In this document: in pieces, positions 36,760 through 48,521 of the stretch
Layout of the letters: each line of letters begins with the position of its first letter
How positions within the stretch are numbered: the first letter of the stretch is position 1
From: Octopus sinensis
Taxonomy: Eukaryota
Assembly: GCF_006345805.1 (NCBI RefSeq)
Contig: NW_021835970.1
Coordinates: 35,905 to 99,904, forward strand
DNA length: 64,000 nt
Reading direction: 5' to 3'
Notes under the pieces: model-generated
Databases searched by the model: none
What the model was told of the DNA's origin: nothing
Seen by the model: the letters and a program-made list of their open reading frames with translations, nothing else
Translations under genes and position numbers: made by a program

Positions 36760-37690
36760 GTATATTTAATTACTTATTTTTAAAAATGATGAGTGAATTA
36801 ACCAAAAAATTTTCGGAATGATACTTTTTTGCATTACTCGAAAAAATTCGGAATAAGGTTGTTTAAAAATTCGGAATAATATAAAACAAAAATAACTAAA
36901 CAAACTGCTCGAAAATCTACTGGAGCAAAATTTCCAAGGAAACAATCTGCTCGCAATTCTGTTTCACAATTTGCCATTATTTGGTCAATCTTTATTTTTT
37001 TATTTATTTGGATTAGAAGGAATATTTTGCGATGTATTTTCTTTTAATTAATAAATTATCTGAAATTTCATCATTTTGTTATATTTGCGATTTTATTCTT
37101 TCAATTTATTTATTTCGCTTATTTCAAATCTTCTCATTTATCTTTATTAATTGAATTTTACTTTATTTTTTGATAGAAAGTTATATTCTTTATATTCTTA
37201 TGGCAAAATTTTATTTATTTGTTCCCGGATTTGGCGATCTTGTATTTTAGCGCCCTAAAATCTAAAATGATCAATTTCTTTAAATCTTAATCATTATTGT
37301 TATGTTATTTATCTAGACTGTTTTTTAAACTGAACACGAATTTAATTATTTTATTTTTATAAATTATAATGTCACAGGCCTTGGGTGTATCGAACTGATT
37401 TAGCCTGCAGAGCACACGAGGTTAAAAAAATAAAATTCGGACAAATTTTAAAAATTTACCAATCTAATCTATTGTTTTTTATAGAATCGACTGATTAGTA
37501 AAGATCACGCGCAGCTCTTATTCCTGACCACGAGTCATAATTTTCGAAGTCGAAGTCCAAATGATTCTGGGCGTTTCTTTCAATGACTTCTTTTCGCTGC
37601 CAGATTTTTGCATCATTTCAACAAGTTCTGGACACAAATATGTGTCGAAACAGTCAAAATAATTAATGTTAAATTCTAAGCAAGCGAAAA
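36760..37690 (+). repeat. Repeat R copy (ATG-less psiH3)
   Basis: Homology to 17260-18225. Confidence 0.88.
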
Positions 37691-37694
37691 ACTT

Positions 37695-38535
37695 TGGCCA
37701 CCACGAGGTCATTATCCTCGAAGTCCCGAGGAACCCCGAGGAGGAGGACACTTACCTTACGTTCGATCCTGACAAGGCGATGCATGCCAGGACCGAACGG
37801 ATTTGACTTCTCCAGCTCCCCTTTGAAGTTGGAGAAGTCATCCTCCTTCTCCCACCCAAGCAGGAATTGGGTGGGCTCCCTCTTCAGGACTCTATACAGC
37901 TTTGAAGGCTGGATAGAGTCTAACGTACCTAAGATCTTTATGACCGAGGCCTTCCCACTTGTAGGGAGGACCTCAAGTCGTGCCACAGCACCGAAGGTAA
38001 TTCTGCCCCCCCGCCAGTGGTCTCTTTGGGTGTGCATCCACCTGATCGGACACACACCCAGTACCTAAAACATTAGGGGGGGGTTGGACGGCCAGCCGCA
38101 CGTTTGGGTTTCCCCACCGTGTACCAACCGTCCTCAAGGGCAACCTTATTTCCTGCCGGACCCACCGGACGGCCTCAGGAGACGACACCCGTGTCATTAA
38201 TTGACTTACCTAGGCTGGGTTTGGTACCACTAGACAAACCGCAAACACGTGGCGAACCAGCATGCTGTGCGGTTGTGGCGGATACCAAACGATCAGAACA
38301 GTTGCACCTGCAGCTCCCCCGACACCAGCCATAGGGGGAGCAGAGGAAGAAGTGTCTCCAGTGAGTGCTGAACCCACCTGGGAGGGTCCAGGCTTCGACT
38401 TCTCCTTCCTGCTTCGCCTAGAAAATTAAAGACACCACTAGAATAGCCGGAAGCGCGTGGCGGTGAACCACGGCTCCGGCAATTCATCGTAGTGGCACAC
38501 TGAACCGTCTTGTCCTTCTGGGAGAGCGAGACGGG
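37695..38535 (-). mobile_element. GC-rich LINE-C 5' region / ORF1 fragment
   Basis: Frameshifted EDGWYTVGKPKR..VSVLLLGVPRDFEDNDL resembles an ORF1 RRM-like region; a diverged piece recurs at 48071-48192; no RT seen. Confidence 0.55.
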
Positions 38536-38658
38536 AACACCTCCACTTCTGCATAGTCTTCTTAGTGCAGACAGCTTGCGAGCAGATTTTGCAGACAACT
38601 GTTTCCTTGGTACTTTTGCACCAGTAGATTTTCGAGCCGTTTGTTTTGTTCTAGCCAT
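38536..38658 (-). pseudogene. H3(1-27)::H4-like(33-43) in-frame chimera
   Basis: [23 protein letters not shown]; 38536-38568 is 28/33 nt identical to the local H4. Confidence 0.85.
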
Positions 38659-38791
38659 ATTTTATTATTTCAGAAAACATTGAAAAAAAAAATTTTCGGA
38701 ATAATACTTTTTTGCATCACTCGAAAAAATTTCGGAATGATGTCTTTTTTTACTATACTGGCATTGTCATTGTTTTCTGAAATAATAAAAT
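38659..38791. promoter_or_regulatory. H3 promoter with 2 TTCGGAAT boxes 36 nt apart
   Basis: CGGAAT at 38697 and 38733, each followed by A-T-(A/G)-x-T-run. Confidence 0.7.
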
Positions 38792-39202
38792 ATGGCTAGA
38801 ACAAAACAAACGGCTCGAAAATCTACTGGTGCAAAAGTACCAAGGAAACAGTTGTCTGCAAAATCTGCTCGCAAGTCTGTTTCACAATTTGGAGGAGTAA
38901 AGAAACCTCATCGATTTCGACCTGGAGTTGTTGCAATGCGAGAAATTAGACGATATCAAAAGAGCACTGATTTGTTACTACGAAAACTTCCATTCCAGAG
39001 ACTCGTGAGAGAAACCGCTCAGTTTATCAAAACTGATTTGCGTTTTCAATCGTCAGCGATTGTCGCTCTCCAAGAAGCGGCAGAGAGTTACCTAGTTGGA
39101 ATTTTTGAAGACAGTAATTTGTGCGCAATTCACGGAAAAAGAGTAACTATAATGCCAAACGATATGCATTTATCGAGAAGAATTCGAGGTGAAAAAACAT
39201 AA
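38792..39202 (+). CDS. H3: Histone H3 (divergent)
   Basis: Intact 136 aa; AATAAA just downstream; no stem-loop. Confidence 0.98.
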   Translation: MARTKQTARKSTGAKVPRKQLSAKSARKSVSQFGGVKKPHRFRPGVVAMREIRRYQKSTDLLLRKLPFQRLVRETAQFIKTDLRFQSSAIVALQEAAESYLVGIFEDSNLCAIHGKRVTIMPNDMHLSRRIRGEKT

Positions 39203-39433
39203 CTTGTTTTTTTAAATAAAAAAATGATTTATTGTTTGTATAACTCTGAGACAATTTTTAAATTTTTTGTTGAAGTTTGTAGAAAATGTAATGTTGCACC
39301 TCGTTTAGATAAAAAGAAGATACTAGTTGTGTATTTTAGAAAAAATATAATTAAAAATTGTTCAATTCGGATTTGTTGGATAATTAATAAATAGTAGGAA
39401 AACAAACAAAAACCTATAACCATGAACAAGCTA

Positions 39434-40013
39434 CAGTGAACAAAAATAAAAACTGGACATGCTTTTTCTTATAAATTTACAAATGGACAATATTGCAAAT
39501 ATGTTCAAATTATTTTTAACATAGATTAAAGTATTTTTTATGATATCGAAAATTTAAAACCAAAAAAAAACTGAACAAATTTAAATTACTGAACAAATTT
39601 AAAATTGTAACTTCTCTGCAAAAAATATTTTAAATTAAAGAAGCTTGAAAAGTGGATGCCAATTTCAACTGTTTTAAATTTACCAAAACATTTACAAAAA
39701 AGGGAAATCAGTAACAGCTCAAACAATAAGAAATACCACGAAAAAATTGGTCTGAATGCATATCCACCCACGAAAAGACCACTTTTTACTAAAAACCCTA
39801 AACTTCAATGATTAAAGCTATGCCAAACATGCAATATGCTCTCGAAATATTTTGGGAGCGAGTTATTTTAAGTGATGAAAGTAAATTTAATATGTAAAAT
39901 AGTGATGTAAGAACTTTAGTATCGAGAAATCGCAAGGAAAAATATTTAACAAACAATCTTACAAAAACAGTAAAATTCGGTAAAGGAACTATCATGAACT
40001 ATCATGCCATAAT
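39434..40013 (+). mobile_element. Truncated copy of the Tc1-like element
   Basis: TA|CAGTGAACAAAAATAAAAA; inverted duplicate of ~2015-2594. Confidence 0.88.
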
Positions 40014-41119
40014 CGGTGAGGACACTCAGTTGAACAATTACTTTGACGCAGAAATGGAAAATGATGAGAATTTTGTTGCAAACTCTTTTTCCAAACGAAG
40101 AAGAGAAATCACTGACGATCTGGATTCTTAAATAATTTAAGATAGAATTTACATAATTAATTTTTATTAAACATTGATAAATGTTTAAAGTTATTACAAA
40201 TAATTTTTTAATGTTACATTACTTTTAAAATGTAGATCTGTTGTAGTAACAGGCAACTAAGAAAACTCATTTTAAGTTGTGATGAATCATTCAGACAACG
40301 AGAACAGTTCTCAGACGTCGTGGGTTCAAATACACAAAGGAGTATAACATTAATATTAATTTTTTTGTTTTTTTGATCCCGAAAACCTTAATAAAGAAAG
40401 TAAAAATAATGTATTAATAATTGAATATAAAAAAAGTGTAACCATAATGTGTAACCAAACCTTCTCTAGCCACTAATATGTCTTTAATACATCCCCAATA
40501 TATCCCCAAAGTCCATCAGATCATTCCACCTTTTACTGTTCGACAAGGAAGGACACAATTCTCCCATATTCGTAGACGAGGACATATATTATTTATATAT
40601 AAAAAACAATAATTATTATTTTATTGTGATAATATCACCTCTAGTTGTCGTTCTCATCCACACCAACACAAATACAGTGCTTTGAATTCCTATAATATGT
40701 GTATTCTAACAATATTTCTGTGATTTTACCTGAATTCCCGAAATTGACAACTGCCAATTGATATATGAACTAATAGAGGAACTCGTTAGGGATCCCCCAA
40801 ATCACTGACCCCGGGATCCTTCTATAAAACCAATTTCAAAATTCCAGTCGTTGATTGTCCATAAGCCTCGGATTACTAAAGTCTCCACCTCCGTGAGAGA
40901 TTCCGTCTCTTGAAGGACACTAGTACTCTAACAACATGTGCTATTTGGACGTTGTGGAGAAGAGTAATGTCCTTATCAACTCAAATGGGAATGTTGTGCG
41001 TAACTTCGTCACGGGACTACTTAAACTCAACTTAGTGGAAAGGGATTTCAGATTATTTTTGAAATTGAATTTACATAAAACATTTTTTTAGCTTATAAAA
41101 TTTTTTGGAAGAATTTGGT

Positions 41120-41300
41120 TTTGGCATAAACATGCATCGGAGCTGCAATAATTAGATTGTCAGCGTATGATAAAAGGATTGTATCTTCGTCGTTTGGATT
41201 TGGGAGATCTTTTGTAAATAAATTGAACAGGATTGGTTATAAGGAAAATCCTTGTGGGACCCCGTTTGGGAGGTATCGTTGTTTTGATTTTTGGTTATTC
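41120..41300 (-). mobile_element. Old RT remnant
   Basis: GVPQGFSL*PILFNLFTKD..SYADNLII. Confidence 0.7.
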
Positions 41301-43094
41301 ATTATACCGACTAACACCGTGCAAGCACTGTTAAATGCTTTAAAAGTAATAAAATAAAGGTATATTTTTTAATGTATTTAAATTTGTTAATAAGATCGGG
41401 TTATGTCGGATGTTATTTAATATTTAATAAATAAAGAGCGATGCAATCAATGCTTCCTGTTTATGGTGGTGAATATTTTGAATCAACTGATTTAAGTGGG
41501 TTCGATCACCCACTTGAAAGTGTTCTGGCCTGGGCGCTGGAAGTGTGTGTCCACTCGTATTCGAGTATGTGCTGTTGTAATGTTCAGTTGAACTGGTTGG
41601 CTGTGGATCCCGAGAGGTTGTGGATTCGGAATCAGAAGAAGACGATTCTGACTTGGAAGATAACTATTTCTTTAGCAAACGTTTCCTTTGTCCCCTTATT
41701 TGTAGCCCACATTACCCATTTTGATAGTAGTGTGGACGAATTGAGTGAGCCAGAGGATGTTTATAGTGTCGCGTCCTCCTTGTAATTATTTACAGTGGGT
41801 CAAATTAGTCTTGGGACACTTGTATATTTTTAATAAAATTTTCTTTTCTTAACAACTGATTTAAATTTGCCCAAGAACAAATTTTTAGAAAACTTAATAC
41901 AAAACAATCATAAATCCATATGATTCTGATTATCGCCATTTCATTGACCATCCTGAATTTAAAAGAATTTTTTCAAGTAATTTGATCTGAACGTTTATAT
42001 TTATTAGATCACTGCAGTATTCAATAGTTATTATGAGAGGTTCGAGCATTACATCAATGATCACACTTTCTATACCAATTTTGTTGTCGACCTCCACGGT
42101 CGATCGAGAGAGATGACAAAGGAGGAGTTACAAAACTACCAAGTGATAAACAAGGCCCATTGTACTTGAAATAATTTCTTATGTATTGCTGTTTTAATAT
42201 TTTGTTTATAAATCCCATTCCGTAGAGCGAGCACACTCATAATTGGCGACAACCATAATTGACGACAACCTTAGCCAAATTTATGTTTTCCGATAGTGCT
42301 ATATAATAATTGTCCAATTCCAAAAAATTCAAATTTAAATCCGATTGATGGAAACTTAGCCTACTATAAGGCAATGAATAGGAAAATAAATGACAAATAG
42401 TAAATACGAATTTAGTGTCGGAAATAAGTTTAGATAAAAAATTATAGATAGGTTCGAGTTAAAAAGACTATGAAACAAACCCTTCGTTGTGATTGGATAA
42501 ATTCGAATCTCCATTCTATCAGGCCGCTGAAATAATTAACATTTTATCAAATAATCGAGACGAGGTAAATCAATCAACTTTATTTAACGGATAAAATATG
42601 TTAAAGAAGAGAAATGAACAGGAACCCATGTCACAAATTATCATTCAATTTTAAATAACAGAATATTTTCAAAATTTAAAAAAATAAAATCTGCTATAAG
42701 AATATATAAAATAAAACTTTCTATCAAAAAAAACGTAGAATTCAATAAATAAAGATAAAGCAGATGTCAAAATAAGTGGAATAAACAGATTGAAAGAATA
42801 AACTTGCAAATATTACAAAATGATGAAATTTCAGACAATTTATTAATTAAAAGAAACTACATCGCAAAATATTCCTTCTAATCCAATTAAATTAAAAAAT
42901 AAAGATTGACCAAATAATGCAACAGGACAACAAGGTTTGTCAAAAGAGTGCTCACACGTGCCACAATTTATTATGTTTTCTATTAATAATTGGGTAACTA
43001 AGAATCAAGATAATTTTAATTAAAACACAATTCTACCTAGTAGCTTATAAACAGTGTAAATACCAGAAAGGATATCTCAATGATGGCAAAGAAA

Positions 43095-43400
43095 TTTTGC
43101 TCCAGTAGATTTTCGAGCAGTTTGTTGTGTTCTAGCCATATTTTTGTTATTTCAGACAGAACCGATTCAGACAAGTTATTTTTGTTTTATATTATTCCGA
43201 ATTTTTAAACAACGTTATTCCGAAATTTTTTCGAGTAATGCAAAAAAGTATCATTCCGAAATTTTTTTGGTTAATTCACTCATCATTTTTAAAAATAAAA
43301 AATTAAATATTTTTAAAATAATATTTTATTAGCACCATCAAATAATTGTAACTATTGCTTAAATTGATGAATTTTGCGAGATTACAGACTAAATTACTAG
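43095..43400 (-). repeat. Repeat R promoter + short H3-tail ORF ([16 protein letters not shown]..)
   Basis: Homology to 17280-17460. Confidence 0.8.
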
Positions 43401-43680
43401 TTAATCAATTAAACAAAAAGCAGAGAACGATCAGATCCCGGTCAAAAGAATAGCTTGCAAGTTGTCGCGCATGATTGTAACCGAGATCCTCTGTTTCAGC
43501 CAAGAAGATTCGCGTGCATACATGTTTCTCCGAGCTATAAGGAGGCCGACATCTTTTAAGAACTTGGATGTTTGAGAAGGCTGCGGAGGTCTCGAATGGC
43601 AAAGGAACAATTACTAGTTAGATTTCGATTGTTGCAATAGTTATTTAGAGAACAAATGAATAAAAATTATTTTTAAAGTG

Positions 43681-44046
43681 TTATTTTGTATTTGTGTACT
43701 TAGTAACTGCCTTTGCACCTTCTGTAATAGCATGTTTTGCCAATTCACCCGGAAGAATCAGACGAACTGCAGTCTGTATTTCACGTGAGGTAATGGTAGC
43801 CTTCGAATTCTGATAGACTAAATTTGAAGCCTCGGTTTTTATTTTGTCATAAACATCGAATGTAAAACTGTCCATAGCCATCATAGCCTTCTTTGACATC
43901 CCAAGTTGATTATGTACTGTCTTTAAAATTTTCATAAGATATATCGAAAAAGTTTTCCTTTTCTTTTTTTTCTTTGTAGCGACGGAAAAATTTTTTGTTT
44001 TAATGGGAGCTCTTTTTTGTCCTTTTGTGCTAACTTTAGGTGCCAT
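43681..44046 (-). CDS. H2B: Histone H2B (divergent)
   Basis: [51 protein letters not shown]. Confidence 0.97.
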   Translation of the reverse strand: MAPKVSTKGQKRAPIKTKNFSVATKKKKKRKTFSIYLMKILKTVHNQLGMSKKAMMAMDSFTFDVYDKIKTEASNLVYQNSKATITSREIQTAVRLILPGELAKHAITEGAKAVTKYTNTK

Positions 44047-44069
44047 TATTAACAAAATTTGTATGTTCG

Positions 44070-46938
44070 AACGAACGAACGAAGAATTTTATTGTAAGAA
44101 AGAAGAGCGAGACAGAAACTTAGTGCGGAAAGTAATTTTGACGAGACGATTGCTTTGGGCATTCGAGCTCTTCCATGGTTCGTCCGCTTTGTCTGTCTAT
44201 GAGCAGGGACACCTGCTATTCTCCACGATCGATGAATAGGTCAGTTACTTTAGAGCGTTTCCGAAAAGTTCGGATAGAAGCCTCGATGGCTGCCGCCGTA
44301 GCTCTGGAGACTTGCTCTCCGCCCAGCTTGGGACAGGCTCCCATGGATTTAGCATATAGGCTAGTTTTAGAGCGTATCTCCGTATTTTTTCGCATTTTCG
44401 CAGAATTTTCTCATATTGTTTCGAGTAGAACCAAGCTTCCATACCATACAGTAGGCTGGGCAAGATTGTTGCATGGTATACAAATAGGAAGGTATTTGGA
44501 TTCAAGTGCATGCTTCTTAGGAGTCGGAGAGCGGCGATGGCTTTCCCTTTTCTCCGTTTGAAATGCAAATGGTATCCCGAGTTTGCGTCGATTGTGAGCC
44601 CCAGGTAACGTATGCTCTCAGGGCGAGCAATTTCCACCAAGAGCCGGGTTTGCAATCTTGCGACTTTCTTGGGTTATTTGGAGATATGCAGATTTGTCCA
44701 TGGCCAGCGAGAGTCGCTTACCAATGCACCAATTCTTTATCTCCTCAATGTAGCCGGCAAGTCGTTTCTCCGAGGCATGGTGTCCATCGAGGTGTCCAGA
44801 ACGAGAACATCGTCCGCGTAGAGGAGTAGGGATGTCCTGGGATCGGAGGGTGTGGGGAAACTGCTCATTACCAAATTGAAAAAGATTGGGCTGAGACAGG
44901 ACCCCTGCGGAACCCCCCTTCGGAGCGAAATATATCTTGAGAAGAAGCCCGACTCAGAGATAAAAGAGTAGCGATTTGTGAGGAAGCAGCGCATCCAGAG
45001 GAAGACTTCCGCTGTTGGCTCACAGAGTTCGATCCTTTCCAGGAGGTCTCTGTGCCAGACGCTGTCAAAAGCCTTTGAGATGTCCAGACATACAAGAGAT
45101 ATAGTTTCTTTAAACTGTTGCTCTCGAGATGGTGGACTGTACCGTAATGAAACAGTCACCGCAGCTACGTCCAGAGCGAAAACCCCATTGCTGCGGGAGC
45201 AGCACTTTCTTCTCTTCGGCGTGGAAGTCGAGGCGCTTGGCCATAAATTTCTCCATCAGCCTGAGATAGTTGGGATTAGGCTTATGGGACGGTAGCTGCT
45301 AGCGAGATTCACCGGTTTCGCAGGCTTTTTGATCATCCGGACCTCTGAGATTTTCCATTTTCCCGGCACATGGCCCCATTTGAGACTTGCCGTAAACAGA
45401 TCCGCGAGGAACACATGTAGGTCTTCGGTGTGCTCTTAAACAATCGCATCGGTATTTTGTCATGGCCCGGTGCGTTGCCTTTTGACGAACGGATGGCCCA
45501 GGTCACCTCTGCAATGGTGATCGGGTGATGGTCCGACGACAGTGGGGCGGCAGTGCTCTCCGACTCCCGGTTTTGCGAAGTTTCCGGATTGGCCTCATGG
45601 ATAGTGGCAGGTGTTTTGCGAATATGTTTGGCATCTCTTGTGGCGAGGCGGGCATACCAGACTGGTTGCACAACCTCGGGGGTGAGGATTTTCCTTCGAG
45701 GTTAGCCACTTTGTGGAAACAGTCCAGAATTTGGGTTTCTGTAGTCCAGGTTTTGACAAGCCTTCTGCCATTCCTGGCTGCTTCCAGCTTTTCGCGACGT
45801 GGACCTTATAACCAATTTCCGAGATCATGTTCCTAAGTCTTCCCCTGTCAGCTGGGTCCACACAGCGTTTGAGTTTATTTCTCAGCCGCTTCCTTTCGTT
45901 GAGGATGATCTTCACTTTCACGCTCAGAGTGGTCCTCCGTGCGCGGTCTGCACTTGACAATTCTCCGTACGACGTTAGATACTGAAGCATGAATTTGCTT
46001 AGCTTATCGCTTGCGGAGTCGATGTCGAGGGCTGAGTTATACCCAACAGGGCGACCGTTGTCGTGCAGGAATGCACTTATGGAGCTCCTGTAGTGTGGCC
46101 AGTTGATCTTTGAGAGATTGTAGTGAGAGGAAATGTGTTCTTGTCTAACAATGCTAGTGTGAATTTTGATCTCCATTGGTAGTGGTCACTTCCGATATCG
46201 TCAAGGACTGTAGGCTTTTCCATAAGGTTAGCGACAGAGTGAGAACAGATGCACAGGCACAGGTTGTCCCCGCCAAAGGGCGAGATGGTGGTTCGGGTTT
46301 CGGATGTCCTGACGAAAACACCAAGCTTGTCAGTGACTTCTTCAGTGTTCGACCATCTTGGTTGGTTAAACGACATCCACAACGCCGTGTGCTTCGAGTT
46401 TAAGTCTCCGATAAGAAGGCAATGAGCTGTGCTTGAGAAGAATTCGTCAATCAATCTGATGCAGGGGGGGAGATATTTGCAATATATTCCACCGACCTTT
46501 ATCCAGACAGGAATCAGTTTTCACCTCAAGAGAGAGGAATTCGCACACCGTGCTCTCGATGATGGTGTGAGGTTACGGATTTGGAGGTTTTCGGCGTAGA
46601 AGATGCTCGAGCCAGTCCCTGGCGTAGAGCATCTCCCCATTTTAGATCCACTGACCGGTAGCCCGAAGTTCGTACGAGTGGTTTTCTTTGAGCTTAGACT
46701 CGTTGACGACAATAATGTCTGGATGGCCGCTGTTACCATCTCAACGAAGTCTGGTGCCGTCTCTGATAGATCGGGCATTCACAGCGATGATTTTGACTGG
46801 GGCTATGTTGCTGCTCGTGCTCCCCCTAATAGGAGCCGTTGCAGCATCTCAGGTTCCACACCCAAGTTTGGTTAGAGCTCCCACCAAACACGATGAAAGA
46901 ATTCCATAAGGGAATCTCTGTTGTGCAGGTCTTCGTCC
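44070..46938 (-). mobile_element. LINE-B (I/Jockey/R1-like: ORF1 end + APE-RT ORF2), 5'-truncated, inserted in the H2B 5' leader
   Basis: KIIAVNARSI, DIIVVNESK, LIGDLNSKH, SDH, LDISKAFD, YADD; AATAAA + (TTCG)n tail; 13-bp TSD ATTTGTATGTTCG at 44057-69 and 46939-51. Confidence 0.95.
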
Positions 46939-46951
46939 ATTTGTATGTTCG

Positions 46952-47040
46952 GAATGGAAAAAACATTATATAATAAAAAAGTGTTATTCCAAAATTTTTT
47001 TAAAAAGTAGCATTCCGAATTTTTTGAGAGGAATAATTTG
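46952..47040 (-). promoter_or_regulatory. Displaced H2B promoter
   Basis: Minus strand TTCGGAATGCTACTTTTT..TTTTGGAATAACACTTTTTT immediately outside the TSD. Confidence 0.65.
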
Positions 47041-47099
47041 TAATAGTAGATAATTAAAATATTTCTTAATAAAATAAAACAATAAAGTAAAACGAGAAA

Positions 47100-47560
47100 G
47101 TTATAAATTAGTTAATGTCATGAGGAAATTATTATTATAATACATTCCGTAGGAACATTAACAAAGTTATAATCCGACACGTGTCACAAGCAAAACAATC
47201 TTCTGTTCCTTGCTCGTCCATGCCCCTCTGTTGCGGGCGAAATCCCGCAAAGATTTTAGGTCGTCCCAGTTTTTGAAACTTTTGCCACGAAGTTTGAGAT
47301 CCCTTTCAAGAACTGTGTGTGATGACATGGGATGAACTGGTCACCAAATTACTCAAGCGGTACTTAAGACAGTTGGATGTAGATAAGTCTCTACAGGCTT
47401 ATATACAGTCAGCCCTTTCCTGACGTTTAGTCAGCAAGAGGCGCTAGACTGCACCTTCTCGAAGGTCTACAGTGCCAAGAAGAAAAGGAAGAAAAAGAGG
47501 AGGTGCGTGGAGTGCCACGTTCTGCTCACTTCGAAGGCTCTGGACTTAGTAAAATACTTA
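47100..47560. other. Segment X between H4 and H2B (inverted twin at ~52050-52520); function unknown
   Basis: GC-richer than its flanks; partial Arg/Lys-rich reading frame; no clean ORF. Confidence 0.4.
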
Positions 47561-47670
47561 GTTTCTTTTTTTAATAAAGCTAGTTAGTATATTTATGAAA
47601 TTGCTAATTTTTATATCTGGTTAATTTGTAAGGAATATCAATGTATTTTATTAAAAAAATTATGTATAAT

Positions 47671-47978
47671 TTATCCACCAAATCCGTAAATTGTCCTACC
47701 TTGACGTTTCAAGGCATTAACAACGTCCATTGCGATACACGTTTTTCTTTTGGCATGCTCAGTGTAAGAATACAATCACGAACAGTTTGCTCAATAAAAA
47801 TCTTAAGGACAGAACGTGTCTCCTCGTAAATTTTTTCCAGAATTCTTCGAACACCCCCTCTTCGACATAGTCTTCTTATTGCTGGCTTAGTAATTCCTTG
47901 TATATTGTCAATTAATATCTTTCGAAATCGTTTTGCACCACTCTTTCCTCCTTTGCCACCTTTACCACGTCCAGACAT
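47671..47978 (-). CDS. H4: Histone H4 (1-nt indels, probably read errors)
   Basis: [42 protein letters not shown]. Confidence 0.93.
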
Positions 47979-48070
47979 TAGGAAAAATTCTCTAAATAAA
48001 CACTATTTTCAACCTATGCAAAAAAAGTATCATTGCCAAATTTTTTTCGACTGATGCAAAAAAGGACCAT

Positions 48071-48192
48071 ACAGCCATCTAGGCGGTATAGAGTCCTGAA
48101 GAGGGAGCCCACCCAATTCCTGCTTGGGTGGGAGAAGGAGGAGGACTTCTTTAACTTTAAAGGAGAGTTGGAGAAGTCCAGCCCGTTCGGTC
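48071..48192 (+). mobile_element. LINE-C ORF1 piece joined to the H4 promoter box
   Basis: Diverged reverse complement of 37790-37915; junction at TTCGGA^ATGG. Confidence 0.7.
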
Positions 48193-48521
48193 GATTATTT
48201 TAGCTCTGTCAAGTAATTTCTGGTCTAGGACTAAGTAGTTGGCCTCTGATTGGGACAGAACGTCAAAACTGTCCACTACTTCGAGGTGAAAAAACATAAC
48301 TTGTTTTTTTAAATAAAAAAATGATTTATTGTTTGTATAACTCTGAGACAATTTTTAAATTTTTTGTTGAAGTTTGTAGAAAATGTAATGTTGCACCTCG
48401 TTTAGATAAAAAGAAGATACTAGTTGTGTATTTTAGAAAAAATATAATTAAAAATTGTTCAATTCGGATAATTAATAAATAGTAGGAAAACAAACAAAAA
48501 CCTATAACCATGAACAAGCTA

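Noticed and set aside
41780-41830. TA-CAGTGGGTCAAATTAG.. as a Tc1/MITE end (also 24640-24675 and 35340-35370)
   Set aside because: No partner TIR or transposase found.
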